Source of the DNA: a virus
Lineage: Duplodnaviria > Caudoviricetes
Direction: 5' to 3' (one strand)
Virus record (IMG/VR): IMGVR_UViG_3300044904_000088
Span: 519-64,518 of that record
Length of the DNA stretch: 64,000 nt
Shown: positions 62,547 through 64,000 of the stretch, one piece after another
How positions within the stretch are numbered: position 1 is the first letter of the stretch
Layout: each line of letters begins with the position of its first letter
Translations under genes and position numbers: made by a program
The notes under the pieces: generated by a model
What the model was told of the DNA's origin: nothing
Seen by the model: only the letters and a program-made list of their open reading frames with translations
Database searches by the model: none

Positions 62547-64000
62547 CGCCGGTGTCTCCCTTGCATTCGCTTGTTCCACTCCCTATCGGAGCGTCGGGTG
62601 GAAAGTGCGGCAATCGCCGCTTGGTCCAGGACGGCCTCGCCCTGGTGAAGAACGGCCAGAGTACCCAGCGCGAAGTCGTAACCCGCGCGAGCGTCCGTGG
62701 CCTTGGGCTTGGGCAGGAGAGCGCGAACCGTGCCCTCGAGCGTGTCGATGCGGTCGACCATTCCGGCGGCCTTGGCCTTGGCCGCGAGCAGCGTTCGGCC
62801 GCCGCCGTAGTCGGCAGCGACTGCCCCGGGCGTGGTGCCGCGGCCCTTCGCGACGTCGCCGAGGAACATGCCGTAGAAGGTGTCGATCTGGTCCTGGAGG
62901 GCCGCGCGCGCGTCGTCTGAGAGCGGGGCGAAACTGGAGAGTTCCGTCTTGTATGGGCCTGCCGAGACGAGCGTGATCGCCACGCCCTGCATCTCGAGGG
63001 CCTCGCTGTCGTCCTCATGCGCCGCGAAGACGCCGATGGAGCCGACCTCGCCCGAAGGTGTGCAGACGATCTGGTCGCACTGCGACGCGATCCAATACGC
63101 GGCAGACGCGCAGAGCGTGTTGACGCAGGCCACGATTGGCTTCGCCTTGCCCGCGACCGACCGGATGTAGGCCGCAAACTCGGGCACGCCGTCAGTCGAT
63201 CCGCCCGGCGAGTCGATGTCGAAGACGACGGCGGTGATGGCGCTGTCCTTGAGCGCGTCATCGAGGTCGGCTCGCATCGCCTCGACGCTCGTGCCGCCGG
63301 ACATGTCCTCCATGAGGGACATGCGCTGGCTGATCGTGCCGTACATCGGGATGATCGCCACCGACCCCACGGCACCGCCGCCGGTGCGGTCGCCATTGAA
63401 CTGCGCGGCGGCTGCGAGGCGCCGCTCGATCTCCTCGGAACTGAGCCGGCCGCCAGCCGCCCGGAAGGAGACGAGCTCTGCGACCTGCTTTAGCTTCCGC
63501 GGCTCCATTGCCCAAGGCACGTCGAACACGGCTCGGGCGATGTGCACATACCGGCGGCCGGCATTCTGGTACTCGGCCACGCTCCGATAAGGGGCGAACC
63601 GCGCGCCCTTGAGCGTCGGCGGCTCGTAGTCCTCCTCGCCCTTGTGCGCGTCGTTGAGGTGAGCGACCAGATGGTCGTACACGCCATGGCGGTTGGTCTC
63701 CGTCATGTCGCCAGGGCCGGCGCGGCCCCCGTTGAGAACGCCGATGTGGTCGGAGCAGTGCTGCGTGCTCGCCGCACCAATCGAACCGTCCTGGTTCACG
63801 AAGTGGTGCTCGTAGGCGTAGTTGCTCTTGACCTCGGGGTTGCCGCCGGCGAAGTAGGCGAACAGCGCCTCGCACTTGGCCTGGGACCAGGCGTCGTCCG
63901 GGATCCGGCTCGACTGGTCTTCCCACGGATCGTCCGAGGTGGCCGTGTGGTGAACGGGGACCGCGCGTGCTGGCAGGTCCTCTGGCTGAGCGGCTACGCG
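62543..64000 (-). CDS. S49 prohead protease, copy 2 (5' end beyond the window)
   Basis: Paralogue of 15152-16789. Confidence 0.88.
   Translation of the reverse strand, partial: RVAAQPEDLPARAVPVHHTATSDDPWEDQSSRIPDDAWSQAKCEALFAYFAGGNPEVKSNYAYEHHFVNQDGSIGAASTQHCSDHIGVLNGGRAGPGDMTETNRHGVYDHLVAHLNDAHKGEEDYEPPTLKGARFAPYRSVAEYQNAGRRYVHIARAVFDVPWAMEPRKLKQVAELVSFRAAGGRLSSEEIERRLAAAAQFNGDRTGGGAVGSVAIIPMYGTISQRMSLMEDMSGGTSVEAMRADLDDALKDSAITAVVFDIDSPGGSTDGVPEFAAYIRSVAGKAKPIVACVNTLCASAAYWIASQCDQIVCTPSGEVGSIGVFAAHEDDSEALEMQGVAITLVSAGPYKTELSSFAPLSDDARAALQDQIDTFYGMFLGDVAKGRGTTPGAVAADYGGGRTLLAAKAKAAGMVDRIDTLEGTVRALLPKPKATDARAGYDFALGTLAVLHQGEAVLDQAAIAALSTRRSDREWNKRMQGRHRR

Larger units (their letters stand above)
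48320..64000. repeat. Diverged direct repeat of the virion module at ~1260-16609
   Basis: Same gene order and near-identical proteins, with scattered synonymous changes and local replacements; offset 47280-47455 bp. Confidence 0.95.

Noticed and set aside
1-64000. tRNA/rRNA genes and host assignment
   Set aside because: No tRNA or rRNA pattern recognised by eye, and no host genes are in the window; high GC alone cannot identify the host.

Overview
High-GC window made up entirely of siphovirus-type (pro)phage DNA, almost all on the minus strand. One nearly complete unit (~1-46400) runs, in transcription order: a leaderless Cro-like HTH gene; early, recombination and replication genes (SbcC/SbcD, PolX-like, replication initiator, three DNA methyltransferases); a lysis block; HNH, terS, terL, portal, S49 protease and HK97 capsid; a methyltransferase/glycosyltransferase block; and tail genes. 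It abuts a second, diverged copy of the same virion module (46446-64000; offset ~47.3-47.5 kb) with different tail-tip genes. No integrase or repressor lies at the junction. The most notable element is a TIGR-Tas-like RNA-guided system at 43386-44617. It encodes a Nop/IS110-domain protein with no recognisable nuclease domain. Nine stem-loop guide units (stem-CGA-N9-TGAGAT-CGA-N9-TGG-stem) are embedded in the same reading phase inside that protein's own ORF, six at the N-terminus and three near the C-terminus. All calls come from reading sequence and motifs by eye; no database searches were run.
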